From positions 66,484-130,483 of the forward strand of contig CACLMT010000001.1 of NCBI GenBank assembly GCA_902608115.1: a DNA stretch of 64,000 bases, read 5' to 3'. How positions within the stretch are numbered: the stretch's first letter is position 1; each line of letters opens with the position of its first letter. The translations under genes and the position numbers were made by a program. This DNA is from an uncultured SAR86 cluster bacterium (GTDB taxonomy: Bacteria > Pseudomonadota > Gammaproteobacteria > Magnimaribacterales > D2472). The notes beneath the pieces were generated by a model that saw only the letters and a list, made by a program, of their open reading frames with translations, made no database searches and had not been told where the DNA came from. Shown here piece by piece: positions 62,338-64,000 of this stretch.

Positions 62338-63179
62338 CCAAAATTGAAATAGAAAAAGACCAGCCTCCGTCGAGTTTTTTAACCAAAATAAAAAGATTTT
62401 TTACTATTAAGCCATCAAGTTTAGATGATGTTTCACTTCACTTAAAAGACGCTCTTAGTGCTAGATTAATTGACAAAGAAGCTCAGTTTATAGCTGAAAG
62501 AGCTATACGCCTTGGTGATACAACAGTTAAAGAGATTATGGTTCCAAAAGTAGAAATGGTTACTCTATCACTCAAAGAGGAAATAAGCTCAGCGATTACA
62601 AGGATAATAGAATCTGGTCATTCAAGATATCCGGTTTTGGGTTCAAGGAAGAATGAAGTTAAAGGAATCTTGTTAGCAAAAGATCTCTTAACAATAATAA
62701 ATACAGATATAACAGGCTTTGAATTAAACAAATATATTAGAGAAATAAAAGTTGTTCCAGAAACAAAAAAAGCTGATTCTCTTCTTGAAGAGTTTAAAAA
62801 AGATAGATCTCATATGGCAATTGTAGTAGATGAATATGGGGCGATTTGTGGGCTAGTAACAATCGAAGATATTTTAGAAGAGCTTGTAGGTGAGATTGAG
62901 GACGAGCATGATTCCGGGGATGATGATGAGCTAATTCAAGTTAGTGAATTTGAATATATTGCAGATGCAAACCTAGAATTATCAACTTTTGAAGATAAGT
63001 TTAATAAAAACTTTGATGATATAGATGCTGAAACACTAGCAGGCTTATTCATTAATAAGCTGGGAATATTGCCCAAGGTAGGAGATAAAATTGATCTTGG
63101 AGATATGTTTCTTGCAGTCACCGCTGCTGATAAAAGAAAAGTAAAAAAAATTGGCATCACAATTAAATCTTCTTCATAA
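62334..63179 (+). CDS. corC: Mg2+/Co2+ efflux-associated CBS-domain protein CorC
   Basis: CBS pair (IMVPKVEM ... VVDEYGAICGLVTIEDILEELVGEIEDEHD) plus a CorC_HlyC C-terminal domain. Confidence 0.92.
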   Translation: MTKIEIEKDQPPSSFLTKIKRFFTIKPSSLDDVSLHLKDALSARLIDKEAQFIAERAIRLGDTTVKEIMVPKVEMVTLSLKEEISSAITRIIESGHSRYPVLGSRKNEVKGILLAKDLLTIINTDITGFELNKYIREIKVVPETKKADSLLEEFKKDRSHMAIVVDEYGAICGLVTIEDILEELVGEIEDEHDSGDDDELIQVSEFEYIADANLELSTFEDKFNKNFDDIDAETLAGLFINKLGILPKVGDKIDLGDMFLAVTAADKRKVKKIGITIKSSS

Positions 63180-64000
63180 ATATACATACCTAAATTATTT
63201 ATTTTTAGGTTTGGCTGGCGCCATTAGCACCCTCTCTTTTAGTCCCTTTAATATTAAGCCACTTATAGTACTTTCATATGCAATATTAATTTATTCTGTA
63301 CTTTCTTCACCATCAATTTTTACAGCTTTTAAAAAATCAATTGCATGGGGGCTGGGGTATTGGATTGCGGGGGCTGGATGGTTAATAGTAAGCATTCACT
63401 ATTATGGAAATACTAATATTATAGTATCTTTAATAATCATATTATTTATGAGCTTGCTGCTTTCTTTGTTATTTGTTGCTCCGACTACATTGTTAAGATT
63501 GTTTAATATAAAAATGAATTTTTATGTAAAAGCGTTTATCTTTTCTTGTTTATTGACACTTATAGAGCTGACAAGATTTAAGTTGTTAGGAGGATTTCCA
63601 TGGTTACTCCCTGGGCTGGTATTAATGGATACCATTGGTCAGAACGTTATACCAATTCTGGGTGTATATGGGGGCTCATTTTTAATCTATTTTATTGCTT
63701 CATTTTTTTATTTAACATATGAACAAAAGGAATTTAAATTATTTAGCGTAGGAATTATTTTTTGCCTAATATTTTTGCCACATTTAAGTTATAAAGATAA
63801 TAAACTTTCAGAAGGAATAGAGGTTGCAATAATTCAACCTTCTTTAGATCCTTTTAAAAAATATCAAGCTAGTTATAAAAATACAATTGAAGAGTCTTTA
63901 TTAAAGTTAAGTCGCAACGCTTCTAACTCTGATCTTATAATTTGGCCAGAATCCCCTCTTCCATATTTGGAATCAAGCAATGATATGAAAAATTTTCGTG
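63151..64000 (+). CDS. lnt: Apolipoprotein N-acyltransferase, 3'-truncated by the window edge
   Basis: Open frame to the window end. LGLAGAISTLSFSPFN, multiple TM helices, GGFPWLLPG, then the start of the CN-hydrolase domain (IEVAIIQPSLDPFKKY, LIIWPESPLP). The start is uncertain: TTG at 63151 (29-nt overlap with corC) or TTG at 63211. Confidence 0.85.
   Translation, partial: MASQLNLLHKYTYLNYLFLGLAGAISTLSFSPFNIKPLIVLSYAILIYSVLSSPSIFTAFKKSIAWGLGYWIAGAGWLIVSIHYYGNTNIIVSLIIILFMSLLLSLLFVAPTTLLRLFNIKMNFYVKAFIFSCLLTLIELTRFKLLGGFPWLLPGLVLMDTIGQNVIPILGVYGGSFLIYFIASFFYLTYEQKEFKLFSVGIIFCLIFLPHLSYKDNKLSEGIEVAIIQPSLDPFKKYQASYKNTIEESLLKLSRNASNSDLIIWPESPLPYLESSNDMKNFR

Overview
This is an AT-rich, extremely gene-dense chromosomal segment. 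By my hand tally only about 1.7 kb of the 64 kb lies outside the ORFs called here, roughly 97% coding. Every recognisable gene is core housekeeping.

Gene order matches, block by block, what I remember of Pseudomonas/Oceanospirillales-type gammaproteobacterial neighbourhoods:
- recF-gyrB-plsC-GlyRS-lpxL, trkH-trkA, fmt-def, tsaC-hemF-aroE
- the aa3 oxidase cluster coxB-coxA-ctaG-coxC-DUF2909-SURF1-x-ctaA-ctaB-senC
- polA, engB, cc4-dsbA
- lptM-(lysA)-dapF-yigA-xerC-yigB
- ahcY/metK/metE/metF facing tkt-pgk-fba
- ubiE-ubiB-tatABC, rsgA/orn, and miaB-ybeZ-ybeY-corC-lnt

The blocks are compacted and several expected genes are missing. This fits a genome-streamlined marine gammaproteobacterium (SAR86-like is only a guess).

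I see no rRNA, tRNA, CRISPR array, transposase, phage gene or obvious island, and I did not find a convincing novel multi-gene system. The observations worth a second look are small-scale:
- a 43-codon remnant of lysA still translationally coupled to dapF
- an SD-sequestering pseudoknot-like leader upstream of a four-gene activated-methyl-cycle operon
- an alpha2-type GlyRS sitting at the glyQ/glyS locus
- a GyrB without the usual proteobacterial insertion
- a DsbA with a CGSC active site
- a cysteine-less Sco paralogue in the cox cluster
- three small genes missing from the ORF track (yheV-like, lptM-like, tatA)
- five convergent gene pairs whose ORFs overlap by 4 nt with interlocking stop codons

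All homology calls come from motif recognition by eye, not from database searches.
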